Assembly: GCA_964016885.1 (NCBI GenBank)
Contig: OZ024743.1
Coordinates: 48,856,001 to 48,920,000 of the forward strand
DNA from: Eledone cirrhosa
Lineage: Eukaryota
Direction of reading: 5' to 3'
DNA length: 64,000 bases
Shown: piece by piece, positions 15,001-28,400 of the stretch
Layout of the letters: each line of letters begins with the position of its first letter
Position numbering within the stretch: position 1 is the stretch's first letter
Made by a program: the position numbers and the translations under genes
The notes under the pieces: generated by a model
What the model was told of the DNA's origin: nothing
Database searches by the model: none
The model's input: the letters and a program-made list of their open reading frames with translations, nothing else

Positions 15001-18000
15001 TCCCCCAACTAAGACAACAGTAGTTCTATGTGTTGTGTTCAACATGGCATTGTCCCCCAACTAAGACAACAGTAGCTCTGTGTATTGTGTTCAACATGGC
15101 ATTGTCCCCCAACTAAGACAACAGTCGCTCTGTGTGTTGTGTTCAACATTGCATTGTCCCCAAACTAAGACAACAGTAGTTCTGTGTATTGTGTTGAACA
15201 TGGCATTGTCCACCAACTAAGACAACAGTAGTTCTGTGTGTTGTGTTCAACATGGCAATGTCCCCCAACTAAGACAACAGTAGTTCTATGTGTTATGTTC
15301 AACATGGCATTGTCCCCAATTAAGACAACAGTAGTTCTGTGTGTTGTGTTCAACATGGCATTGTCCCCAACTAAGACAACAGTAGCTCTGTGTGTTGTGT
15401 TCAACATGGCATTGTCCCCCAACTAAGACAACAGTAGCTCTGTGTGTTGTGTTGAACATGACATTGTCCCCAACTAAGACAACAGTAGCTCTGTGTGTTG
15501 TGTTGAACATGGCATTGTCCCCCAACTAAGACAACATTAGTTCTGTGTGTTGTGTTCAACATGGCATTGTCCCCCAACTCAGACAACAGTAACTCTGTGT
15601 CTTTTGTTCAACATGGCATTGTCCCCCAACTAAGACAACAGTAGTTCAATGTGTTGTGTTCAACATGGCATTGTCCCCCAACTAAGACAACAGTAGTTCT
15701 GTGTGTTGTGTTCAACATGGCATTGTCCACCAACTAAGACAACAGTAGTTCTGTGTGTTGTGTTCAACATGGCATTGTCCCCCAACTAAGACAACAGTAG
15801 TTCTGTGTGTTGTGTTCAACATGGCATTGTCCCCCAACTAAGACAACAGTAGCTCTGTGTGTTGTGTTCAACATGGCATTGTCCCCAACTAAGACAACAG
15901 TAGCTCTGTGTGTTGTGTTCAACATGGCATTGTCCCCAACTAAGACAACAGTAGTTCTGTGTGATATGTTCTACATGGCATGGTCCCCCAACTAAGACAA
16001 CAGTAGCTCTGTGTGTTGTGTTCAACATGGCATTGTCCCCAACTAAGACAACAGTAGTTCTATATGTTGTGTTCAACATGACATTGTCCCCAACTAAGAC
16101 AACAGTAGCTCTGTGTGTTGTGTTCAACATGGCATTGTCCCCCAACTAAGACAACAGTAGCTCTGTGTGTTGTGTTCAACATGGCATTGTCCCCAACTAA
16201 GACAACAGTAGCTCTGTGTGTTGTGTTCAACATGGCATTGACCCCCAACTAAGACAACAGTAGTTCTGTGTGTTGTGTTCCACATGGCATTGTCCCCAAC
16301 TAAGACAACAGTAGCTCTGTCTGTTGTGTTCAACATGGCATTGTCCCCAACTAAGACAACAGTAGTTCTATGTGTTGTGTTCAACATGGCATTGTCCCCA
16401 CCTAAGACAACAGTAGCTCTGTGTGTTGTGTTCAACATGGCATTGTCCCCCAACTAAGACAACAGTAGCTCTCTGTGTTGTGTTCAACATGGCATTGTCC
16501 CCAACTAAGACAACAGTAGTTCTGTGTGTTGTGTTCAACATGGCATTGTCCCCCAACTAAGACAACAGTAGATCTGTGTGTTGTGTTCAACATGGCATTG
16601 TCCCCCAACTAAGACAACAGTAGTTCTGTGTGTTGTGTTCAACATGGCATTGTCCCCCAACTAAGACAACAGTAGTTCTGTGTGTTGTGTTCAACATGGC
16701 ATTGTCACCAAACTAAGACAACAGTAGCTCTGTGTGTTGTGTTCAACATGTCATTGTCCCCCAACTAAGACAACAGAAGTTCTGTGTGTTGTGTTCAACA
16801 TGGCATTGTCCCCCAACTAAGACAACAGTAGTTCTGTGTGTTGTGTTCAACATGGCATTGTCCCCCAACTAAGACAACAGTAGTTCTGTGTGTTGTGTTC
16901 AACATGGCATTGTCCCCCAACTAAGACAACAGTAGTTCTGTGTGTTGTGTTCAACATGGCATTGTCCCCCAACTAAGACAACAGTAGTTCTGTGTGTTGT
17001 GTTCAACATGGTATTGTCCCCAACTAAGACAACAGTAGCTCTGTGTGTTGTGTTCAACATGGCATTGTCCCCCAACTAAGACAACAGTAGTTCTATGTGT
17101 TGTGTTCAACATGGTATTGTCCCCCAACTAAGACAACAGTAGTTCTATGTGTTATGTTCAACATGGCAATGTCCCCAACTAAGACAACAGTAGTTCTGTG
17201 TGTTGTGTTCAACATGGCATTGCCCCAACTAAAACAACAGTAGCTCTGTGTGTTGTGTTCAACATGGCATTGTCCCCCAACTAAGACAACAGTAGTTCTA
17301 TGTGTTGTGTTCAACATGGCATTGTCCCCAACTAAAACAACAGTAGCTCTGTGTGTTGTGTTCAACATGGCATTGTCCCACAACTAAGACAACAGTAGCT
17401 CTGTGTGTTGTGTTCAACATGGCATTGTCCCACAATTAAGACAACAGTAGCTCTGTGTCGTGTTCAACATGGCATTGTCCCCCAACTAAGACAACAGTAG
17501 CTCTGTGTGTTGTGTTCAACATGGCATTGTCCCCCAACTAAGACGACAGTAGCTCTGTGTGTTGTGTTCAACATGGCATTGTCCCCCAACTAAGACAACA
17601 GTAGCTCTGTGTATTGTTTTCAACATGGCATTGTCCCCCAACTAAGACAACAGTAGTTCTGTGTGTTGTGTTCAACATGGCATTGTCACCCAACTAAGAC
17701 AACAGTAGTTCTGTGTGTTGTATTCAACATGGCATTGTGCCCCAACTAAGACAACAGTAGCTCTGTGTGTTGTGTCCAACATGGCATAGTCCCACAACAA
17801 AGACAACAGTAGCTCTGTGTGTTGTGTTCAACATGGCATTGTCCCCCAAATTAGACAACAGTAGTTCTGTGTGTTGTGTTGAACATGGCATTGTCCCCAA
17901 CTAAGACAACAGTGGCTCTGTGTGTTGTGTTCAACATGGCATTGTCCCCCAACTAAGACAACTATAGTTCTGTGTGTTGTGTTCAACATGGCATTGTCCC

Positions 18001-20379
18001 CTAACTAAGACAACAGTAGTTCTATGTGTTGTGTTCAACATGGCATTGTCCCCCAACGAAGACAACAATAGTTCTGTGTGTTGTGTTCAACATGGCATTG
18101 TCCCCCAACTAAGACAACAGTAGTTCTATGTGTTATGTTCAACATGGCATTGTCCCCAACTAAGACAACAGTAGTTCTATGTGTTGTGTTCAACATGGCA
18201 TTGTCCCACATCTAAGACAACAGTAGTTCTAAGTGTTGTGTTCAACATGGCATTGTCCCCAACTAAGACAACAGTAGTTCTGTGTGTTGTGTTCAACATG
18301 GCATTGTCCGCCAACTAAGACAACAGTAGTTCTATGTGTTGTGTTCAACATGGCATTGTCCCCAATTAAGACAACAGTAGTTCTATGTGTTGTGTTCAAC
18401 ATGGCATTGTCCCACAACTAAGACAACAGTAGCTCTGTGTGTTGTGTTCAACATAGCATTGTCCCCCAACTAAGACAACAGTAGTTCTATGTTTTGTGTT
18501 CAACATGGCATTGTCCCCCAACTAAGACAACAGTAGCTCTGTGTGTTGTGTTCAACATGGCATTGTCCCCCAACTAAGACAACAGTAGTTCTATGTGTTG
18601 TGTTCAACATGGCATTGTCCCCAACTAAGACAACAGTAGTTCTATGTGTTGTGTTCAACATGGCATTGTCCCCAACTAAGACAACAGTAGTTGTATGTGT
18701 TGTGTTCAACATGGCATTGTCCCACAACTAAGACAACAGTAGTTCTGTGTGTTTTGTTCAACATGGCATTGTCCCCCAACTAAGACAACAGTAGCTCTGT
18801 GTGTTGTGTTCAACATGGCATTGTCCCCAACTAAGACAACAGTAGTTCTGTGTGTTGTGTTCAACATGGCATTGTCCCCCAACTAAGAAAACAGTAGATC
18901 TGTGTGTTGTGTTCAACATGGCATTGTCCCCCAACTAAGACAGCAGTAGTTCTGTGTGTTGTGTTCAACATGGCATTGTCCCCCAACTAAGACAACAGTA
19001 GTTCTGTGTGTTGTGTTCAACATGGCATTGTCACCAAACTAAGACAACAGTAGCTCTGTGTGTTGTGTTCAACATGGCATTGTCCCCCAACTAAGACAAC
19101 AGTAGTTCTATGTGTTGTGTTCAACATGGCATTGTCCCCCAACTAAGACAACAGTAGTTCTGTGTGTTGTGTTCAACATGGCATTGTCCCCCAACTAAGA
19201 CAACAGTAGTTCTGTGTGTTGTGTTCAACATGGCATTGTCCCACAACTAAGACAACAGTAGTTCTGTGTGTTGTGTTCAACATGGCATTGTCCCCAACTT
19301 AAACAACAGTAGCTCTGTGTGTTGTGTTCAACATGGCATTGTCCCACAACTAAGACAACAGTAGCTCTGTGTGTTGTGTTCAACATGGCATTGTCCCACA
19401 ACTAAGACAACAGTAGCTCTGTGTCGTGTTCAACATGGCATTGTCCCCCAACTAAGACAACAGTAGCTCTGTGTGTTGTGTTCAACATGGCATTGTCCCC
19501 CAACTAAGACGACAGTAGCTTTGTGTGTTGTGTTCAACATGGCATTGTCCCCCAACTAAGACAACAGTAGCTCTGTGTATTGTTTTCAACATGGCATTGT
19601 CCCCCAACTAAGACAACAGTAGTTCTGTGTGTTGTGTTCAACATGGCATTGTCACCCAACTAAGACAACAGTAGTTCTGTGTGTTGTATTCAACATGGCA
19701 TTGTGCCCCAACTAAGACAACAGTAGCTCTGTGTGTTGTGTCCAACATGACATAGTCCCACAACTAAGACAACAGTAGCTCTGTGTGTTGTGTTCAACAT
19801 GGCATTGTCCCCCAAATTAGACAACAGTAGTTCTGTGTGTTGTGTTGAACATGGCATTGTCCCCAACTAAGACAACAGTAGCTCTGTGTGTTGTGTTCAA
19901 CATGGCATTGTCCCCCAACTAAGACAACTATAGTTCTGTGTGTTGTGTTCAACATGGCATTGTCCCCTAACTAAGACAACAGTAGTTCTATGTGTTGTGT
20001 TCAACATGGCATTGTCCCCCAACGAAGACAACAATAGTTCTGTGTGTTGTGTTCAACATGACATTGTCCCCCAACTAAGACAACAGTAGTTCTGTGTGTT
20101 GTGTTCAACATGGCATTGTCCCCCAACTAAGACAACAGTAGTTCTATGTGTTATGTTCAACATGGCATTGTCCCCAACTAAGACAACAGTAGTTCTATGT
20201 GTTGTGTTCAACATGGCATTGTCCCACATCTAAGACAACAGTAGTTCTAAGAGTTGTGTTCAACATGGCATTGTCCCCAACTAAGACAACAGTAGTTCTA
20301 TGTGTTGTGTTCAACATGGCATTATCCCCCAAATAAGACAAGAGTAGTTCTGTGTGTTGTGTTCAACATGGCATTGTCC
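7555..20379. repeat. Near-identical tandem higher-order duplication, period 6412 bp (about 124 monomers): about 7555-13968 and 13969-20379
   Basis: The ORF-track entries from 7849 to 12319 recur at exactly +6412. Rare variants match (TTGCGTT near 7636/14048, AGATCT 10158/16570 and 12484/18896). I noticed only two differences (11028 T vs 17440 G; 12531 A vs 18943 G). Confidence 0.93.
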
Positions 20380-23300
20380 GCCAACTAAGACAACAGTAGT
20401 TCTATGTGTTGTGTTCAACATGGCATTGTCCCCAATTAAGACAACAGTAGTTCTATGTGTTGTGTTCAACATGGCATTGTCCCACAACTAAGACAACAGT
20501 AGCTCTGTGTGTTGTGTTCAACATGGCATTGTCCCCCAACTAAGACAACAGCAGTTCTATGTTTTGTGTTCAACATGGCATTGTCCCCCAACTAAGACAA
20601 CAGTAGCTCTGTGTGTTGTGTTCAACATGGCATTGTCCCCCAACTAAGACAACAGTAGTTCTATGTGTTGTGTTCAACATGGCATTGTCCCCAACTAAGA
20701 CAACAGTAGTTCTATGTGTTGTGTTCAACATGGCATTGTCCCCCAACTAAGACAACAGTAGTTCTGTGTTTTGTTCAACATGGCATTGTCCCCCAACTAA
20801 TACAACAGTAGCTCTGTGTGTTGTGTTGAACATGGCATTGTCCCCAACTAAGACAACAGTAGTTCTGTGTGTTGTGTTGAACATGGCATTGTCCCCCAAC
20901 TAAGACAACAGTAGCTCTGTGTGTTGTGTTCAACATGGCATTGTCCCCAACTAAGACAACAGTAGTTCTGTGTGTTGTGTTCAACATGGCATTGTCCCCC
21001 AACTAAGACAACAGTAGCTCTGTGTGTTGTGTTCAACATGGCATTGTCCCCAACTAAGACAACAGTAGTTCTGTGTGTTGTGTTCAACATGGCATTGTCC
21101 CCCAACTAAGACAACAGTAGTTCTGTGTGTTGTGTTCAACATGGCATTGTCCCCAACTAAGACAACAGTAGTTCTATGTGTTGTGTTCAACATGGCATTG
21201 TCCCACATCTAAGACAACAGTAGTTCTAAGAGTTGTGTTCAACATGGCATTGTCCCCAACTAAGACAACAGTAGTTCTATGTGTTGTGTTCAACATGGCA
21301 TTGTCCCCAATTAAGACAACAGTAGTTCTATGTGTTGTGTTCAACATGGCATTGTCCCCCAACTAAGACAACAGTAGCTCTGTGTGTTGTGTTCAACATG
21401 GCATTGTCCCCCAACTAAGACAACAGTAGCTCTGTGTGTTGTGTTCAACATGGCATTGTCCCCAACTAAGACAACAGTAGTTCTGTGTGTTGTGTTCAAC
21501 ATGGCATTGTCCCCCAACTAAGACAACAGTAGTTCTGTGTGTTGTGTTCAACATGGCATTCTCCCCCGACTAAGACAACAGTAGCTCTGTATGTTGTGTT
21601 CAACATGGTATTGTCCCCAACTAAGACAACAGAAGCTCTGTGTGTTGTGTTCAACATGGCATTGTCCCCCAACTAAGACAACAGTAGTTCTATGTGTTGT
21701 GTTCAACATGGTATTGTCCCCCAACTAAGACAACAGTAGTTCTATGTGTTATGTTCAACATGGCATTGTCCCCAACTAAGACAACAGTAGTTCTGTGTGT
21801 TGTGTTCAACATGGCATTGTCCCCAACTAAAACAACAGTAGCTCTGTGTGTTGTGTTCAACATGGCATTGTCCCACAACTAAGACAACAGTAGCTCTGTG
21901 TGTTGTGTTCAACATGGCATTGTCCCACAACTAAGACAACAGTAGCTCTGTGTCGTGTTCAACATGGCATTGTCCCCCAACTAAGACAACAGTAGCTCTG
22001 TGTGTTGTGTTCAACATGGCATTGTCCCCCAACTAAGACGACAGTAGCTCTGTGTGTTGTGTTCAACATGGCATTGTCCCCCAACTAAGACAACAGTAGC
22101 TCTGTGTATTGTTTTCAACATGGCATTGTCCCCCAACTAAGACAACAGTAGTTCTGTGTGTTGTGTTCAACATGGCATTGTCACCCAACTAAGACAACAG
22201 TAGTTCTGTGTGTTGTATTCAACATGGCATTGTGCCCCAACTAAGACAACAGTAGGTCTGGGTGTTGTGTCCAACATGGCATAGTCCCACAACTAAGACA
22301 ACAGTAGCTCTGTGTGTTGTGTTCAACATGGCATTGTCCCCCAAATTAGACAACAGTAGTTCTGTGTGTTGTGTTGAACATGGCATTGTCCCCAACTAAG
22401 ACAACAGTAGCTCTGTGTGTTGTGTTCAACATGGCATTGTCCCCCAACTAAGACAACTATAGTTCTGTGTGTTGTGTTCAACATGGCATTGTCCCCTAAC
22501 TAAGACAACAGTAGTTCTATGTGTTGTGTTCAACATGGCATTGTCCCCCAACAAAGACAACAATAGTTCTGTGTGTTGTGTTCAACATGACATTGTCCCC
22601 CAACTAAGACAACAGTAGTTCTGTGTGTTGTGTCAACATGGCATTGTCCCCAACTAAGACAACAGTAGTTCTATGTGTTGTGTTCAACATGGCATTGTCC
22701 CACATCTAAGACAACAGTAGTTCTAAGTGTTGTGTTCAACATGGCATTGTCCCCAACTAAGACAACAGTAGTTCTATGTGTTGTGTTCAACATGGCATTG
22801 TCCCCCAACTAAGACAACAGTAGTTCTGTGTGTTGTGTTCAACATGGCATTGTCCGCCAACTAAGACAACAGTAGTTCTATGTGTTGTGTTCAACATGGC
22901 ATTGTCCACAATTAAGACAACAGTAGTTCTATGTGTTGTGTTCAACATGGCATTGTCCCACAACTAAGACAACAGTAGCTCTGTGTGTTGTGTTCAACAT
23001 GGCATTGTCCCCCAACTAAGACAACAGTAGCTCTGTCTGTTGTGTTCAACATGGCATTGTCCCCCAACTAAGACAACAGTAGTTCTGTGTGTTGTGTTCA
23101 ACATGGCATTGTCCCCAACTAAGACAACAGTAGTTCTATGTGTTGTGTTCAACATGGCATTGTCCCCCAACTAAGACAACAGTAGCTCTGTGTGTTGTGT
23201 TCAACATGGCATTGTCCGCCAACTAAGACAACAGTAGCTCTGTGTGTTGTGTTCAACATGGCATTGTCCCCCAACTAAGACAACAGTAGTTCTATGTGTT

Positions 23301-25446
23301 GTGTTGAACATGGTATTGTCCCCAACTAAGACAACAGTAGTTCTGTGTGTTGTGTTCAACATGGCATTGTCCCCAACTAAGACAACAGTAGCTCTGTGTG
23401 TTGTGTTCAACATGGCATTGTCCCCCAACTAAGAAAACAGTAGTTCTATGTGTTGTGTTCAACATTGCATTGTCCCCAACTAAGACAACAGTAGTTCTGT
23501 GTGATGTGTTCAACATGGCATTGTCCCCCCAACTAAGACAACAGTAGTTCTATGTGTTGTGTTCAACATGGCATTGCCCCCAACTAAGACAACAGTAGTT
23601 CTATGTGTTGTGTTCAACATGGCATTGTCCCACAACTAAGACAACAGTAGCTCTGTGTGTTGTGTTCAACATGGCTTTGTCCCCCAACTAAGACAACAGT
23701 AGTTCTATGTGTTATGTTCAACATGGCATTGTCCCTCAACTAAGACAACAGTAGCTCTGTGTGTTGTGTTCAACATGGCATTGTCCCCCAACTAAGACAA
23801 CAGTAGTTCTATGTGTTGTGTTCAACATGGCATTGTCCCCAACTAAGACAACAGTAGTTCTATGTGTTGTGTTCAACATGGCATTGTCCCCCAACTAAGA
23901 CAACAGTAGTTCTGTGTGTTGTGTTCAACATGGCATTGTCCCCCAACTAAGACAACAGTAGCTCTGTGTGTTGTGTTGAACATGGCATTGTCCCCAACTA
24001 AGACAACAGTAGTTCTGTGTGTTGTGTTGAACATGGCATTGTCCCACAACTAAGACAACAGAAGCTCTGTGTGTTGTGTTCAACATGGCATTGTCCCCCA
24101 ACTAAGACAACAGTAGCTCTGTGTGTTGTGTTCAACATGGCATTGTCCCCAACTAAGACAACAGTAGTTCTGTGTGTTGTGTTCAACATGGCATTGTCCC
24201 CCAACTAAGACAACAGTAGTTCTGTGTGTTGTGTTCAACATGGCATTGTCCCCCAACTAAGACAACAGTAGTTCTGTGTGTTGTGTTCAACATGGCATTG
24301 TCCCCCATCTAAGACAACAGTAGTTCTGTGTGTTGTGTTCAACATGGCATTGTCCCCCAACTAAGACAACATTAGTTCTATGTGTTGTGTTCAACATGGC
24401 ATTGTCCCCCAACTAAGACAACAGTAGCTCTGTGTGTTGTGTTCAACATGGAATTGTCCCACAACTAAGACAACAGTAGCTCTGTGTGTTGTGTTCAACA
24501 TGGCATTGTCCCACAACTAAGACAACAGTAGTTCTGTGTGTTGTGTTCAACATGGCATTGTCCCCCAACTAAGACAACAGTAGTTCTATTTTTTGTGTTG
24601 AACATGGCATTGTCCCCCAACTAAGACAACAGTAGTTCTATGTGTTGTGTTCAACATGGCATTGTCCCACAACTAAGACAACTGTAGTTCTGTGTATTTT
24701 GTTCAACATGGCATTGTCCCCCAACTAATACAACAGTAGCTCTGTGTGTTGTGTTGAACATGGCATTGTCCCCAACTAAGACAACAGTAGTTCTGTGTGT
24801 TGTGTTGAACATGGCATTGTCCCCCAACTAAGACAACAGTAGCTCTGTGTGTTGTGTTCAACATGGCATTGTCCCCCAACTAAGACAACAGTAGCTCTGT
24901 GTGTTGTGTTCAACATGGCATTGTCCCCAACTAAGACAACAGTAGTTCTGTGTGTTGTGTTCAACATGGCATTGTCCCCCAACTAAGACAACAGTAGTTC
25001 TGTGTGTTGTGTTCAACATGGCATTGTCCCCCAACTAAGACAACAGTAGTTCTGTGTGTTGTGTTCAACATGGCATTGTCCCCCAACTAAGACAACAGTA
25101 GTTCTGTGTGTTGTGTTCAACATGGCATTGTCCCCCAACTAAGACAACAGTAGCTCTGTGTGTTGTGTTCAACATGGCACTGTCACACAACTAAGACAAC
25201 AGTAGTTTTGTGTGTTGTGTTCAACATGGCATTGTCCCCCAACTAAGACAACAGTAGTTCTATTTTTTGTGTTCAACATGGCATTGTCCCCCAACTAAGA
25301 CAACAGTAGTTCTATGTGTTGTGTTCAGCATGGCATTGTCCCCAACTAAGACAACAGTAGTTCTATGTGTTGCGTTCAACATGGCATTGTCCCCCAACTA
25401 AGACAACAGTAGCTCTGTGTGTTGAGTTCAACATGGCATTGTCCGC

Positions 25447-28400
25447 CAACTAAGACAACAGTAGGTCTGTGTGTTGTGTTCAACATGGCATTGTCCCCCA
25501 ACTAAGACAACAGTAGTTCTATGTGTTGTGTTGAACATGGTATTGTCCCCCAATTAAGACAACAGTAGTTCTGTGTGTTGTGTTCAACATGGCATTGTCC
25601 CCAACTAAGACAACAGTAGCTCTGTGTGTTGTGTTCAACATGGCATTGTCCCCCAACTAAGAAAACAGTAGTTCTATGTGTTGTGTTCAACATTGCATTG
25701 TCCCCAACTAAGACAACAGTAGTTCTGTGTGTTGTGTTCAACATGTCATTGTCCCCCCAACTAAGACAACAGTAGTTCTATGTGTTGTGTTCAACATGGC
25801 ATTGCCCCCAACTAAGACAACAGTAGTTCTATGTGTTGTGTTCAACATGGCATTGTCCCCCAACTAAGACAACAGTAGCTCTGTGTGTTGTGTTCAACAT
25901 GGCATTGTCCCCAACTAAGACAACAGTAGTTCTGTGTGTTGTGTTCAACATGGCATTGTCCCCCAACTAAGACAACAGTAGTTCTGTGTGTTGTGTTCAA
26001 CATGGCATTCTCCCCCGACTAAGACAACAGTAGCTCTGTATGTTGTGTTCAACATGGTATTGTCCCCAACTAAGACAACAGAAGCTCTGTGTGTTGTGTT
26101 CAACATGGCATTGTCCCCCAACTAAGACAACTATAGTTCTATGTGTTATGTTCAACATGGCATTGTCCCCAACTAAGACAACAGTAGTTCTGTGTGTTGT
26201 GTTCAACATGGCATTGTCCCCAACTAAAACAACAGTAGCTCTGTGTGTTGTGTTCAACATGGCATTGTCCCACAACTAAGACAACAGTAGCTCTGTGTGT
26301 TGTGTTCAACATGGCATTGTCCCACAACTAAGACAACAGTAGCTCTGTGTCGTGTTCAACATGGCATTGTCCCCCAACTAAGACAACAGTAGCTCTGTGT
26401 GTTGTGTTCAACATGGCATTGTCCCCCAACTAAGACGACAGTAGCTCTGTGTGTTGTGTTCAACATGGCATTGTCCCCCAACTAAGACAACAGTAGCTCT
26501 GTGTATTGTTTTCAACATGGCATTGTCCCCCAACTAAGACAACAGTAGTTCTGTGTGTTGTGTTCAACATGGCATTGTCACCCAACTAAGACAACAGTAG
26601 TTCTGTGTGTTGTATTCAACATGGCATTGTGCCCCAACTAAGACAACAGCAGGTCTGGGTGTTGTGTCCAACAGGGCATAGTCCCACAACTAAGACAACA
26701 GTAGCTCTGTGTGTTGTGTTCAACATGGCATTGTCCCCCAAATTAGACAACAGTAGTTCTGTGTGTTGTGTTGAACATGGCATTGTCCCCCAACTAAGAC
26801 AACAGTAGCTCTGTGTGTTGTGTTCAACATGGCATTGTCCCCCAACTAAGACAACTATAGTTCTGTGTGTTGTGTTCAACATGGCATTGTCCCCTAACTA
26901 AGACAACAGTAGTTCTATGTGTTGTGTTCAACATGGCATTGTCCCCCAACTAAGAAAACAGTAGTTCTATGTGTTGTGTTCAACATGACATTGTCCCCCA
27001 ACTAAGACAACAGTAGTTCTGTGTGTTGTGTCAACATGGCATTGTCCCCCAACTAAGACAACAGTAGTTCTATGTGTTGTGTTCAACATGGCATTGTCCC
27101 CAACTAAGACAACAGTAGTTCTATGTGTTGTGTTCAACATGGCATTGTCCCCCAACTAAGACAACAGTAGTTCTGTGTGTTGTGTTCAACATGGCATTGT
27201 CCCCCAACTAAGACAACAGTAGCTCTGTGTGTTGTGTTGAACATGGCATTGTCCCCAACTAAGACAACAGTAGTTCTGTGTGTTGTGTTGAACATGGCAT
27301 TGTCCCACAACTAAGACAACAGAAGCTCTGTGTGTTGTGTTCAACATGGCATTGTCCCCCAACTAAGACAACAGTAGCTCTGTGTGTTGTGTTCAACATG
27401 GCATTGTCCCCAACTAAGACAACAGTAGTTCTGTGTGTTGTGTTCAACATGGCATTGTCCCCCAACTAAGACAACAGTAGTTCTGTGTGTTGTGTTCAAC
27501 ATGGCATTGTCCCCCAACTAAGACAACAGTAGTTCTGTGTGTTGTGTTCAACATGGCATTGTCCCCCATCTAAGACAACAGTAGTTCTGTGTGTTGTGTT
27601 CAACATGGCATTGTCCCCCAACTAAGACAACATTAGTTCTATGTGTTGTGTTCAACATGGCATTGTCCCCCAACTAAGACAACAGTAGCTCTGTGTGTTG
27701 TGTTCAACATGGCATTGTCCCACAACTAAGACAACAGTAGCTCTGTGTGTTGTGTTCAACATGGCATTGTCCCACAACTAAGACAACAGTAGTTCTGTGT
27801 GTTGTGTTCAACATGGCATTGTCCCCCAACTAAGACAACAGTAGTTCTATTTTTTGTGTTGAACATGGCATTGTCCCCCAACTAAGACAACAGTAGTTCT
27901 ATGTGTTGTGTTCAACATGGCATTGTCCCACAACTAAGACAACTGTAGTTCTGTGTGTTTTGTTCAACATGGCATTGTCCCCCAACTAATACAACAGTAG
28001 CTCTGTGTGTTGTGTTGAACATGGCATTGTCCCCAACTAAGACAACAGTAGTTCTGTGTGTTGTGTTGAACATGGCATTGTCCCCCAACTAAGACAACAG
28101 TAGGTCTGTGTGTTGTGTTCAACATGGCATTGTCCCCCAACTAAGACAACAGTAGTTCTATGTGTTGTGTTCAACATGGCATTGCCCCCAACTAAGACAA
28201 CAGTAGTTCTATGTGTTGTGTTCAACATGGCATTGTCCCCCAACTAAGACAACAGTAGCTCTGTGTGTTGTGTTCAACATGGCATTCTCCCCCGACTAAG
28301 ACAACAGTAGCTCTGTATGTTGTGTTCAACATGGTATTGTCCCCCAACTAAGACAACAGTAGCTCTGTGTGTTGTGTTCAACATGGCATTGTCCCCCAAC

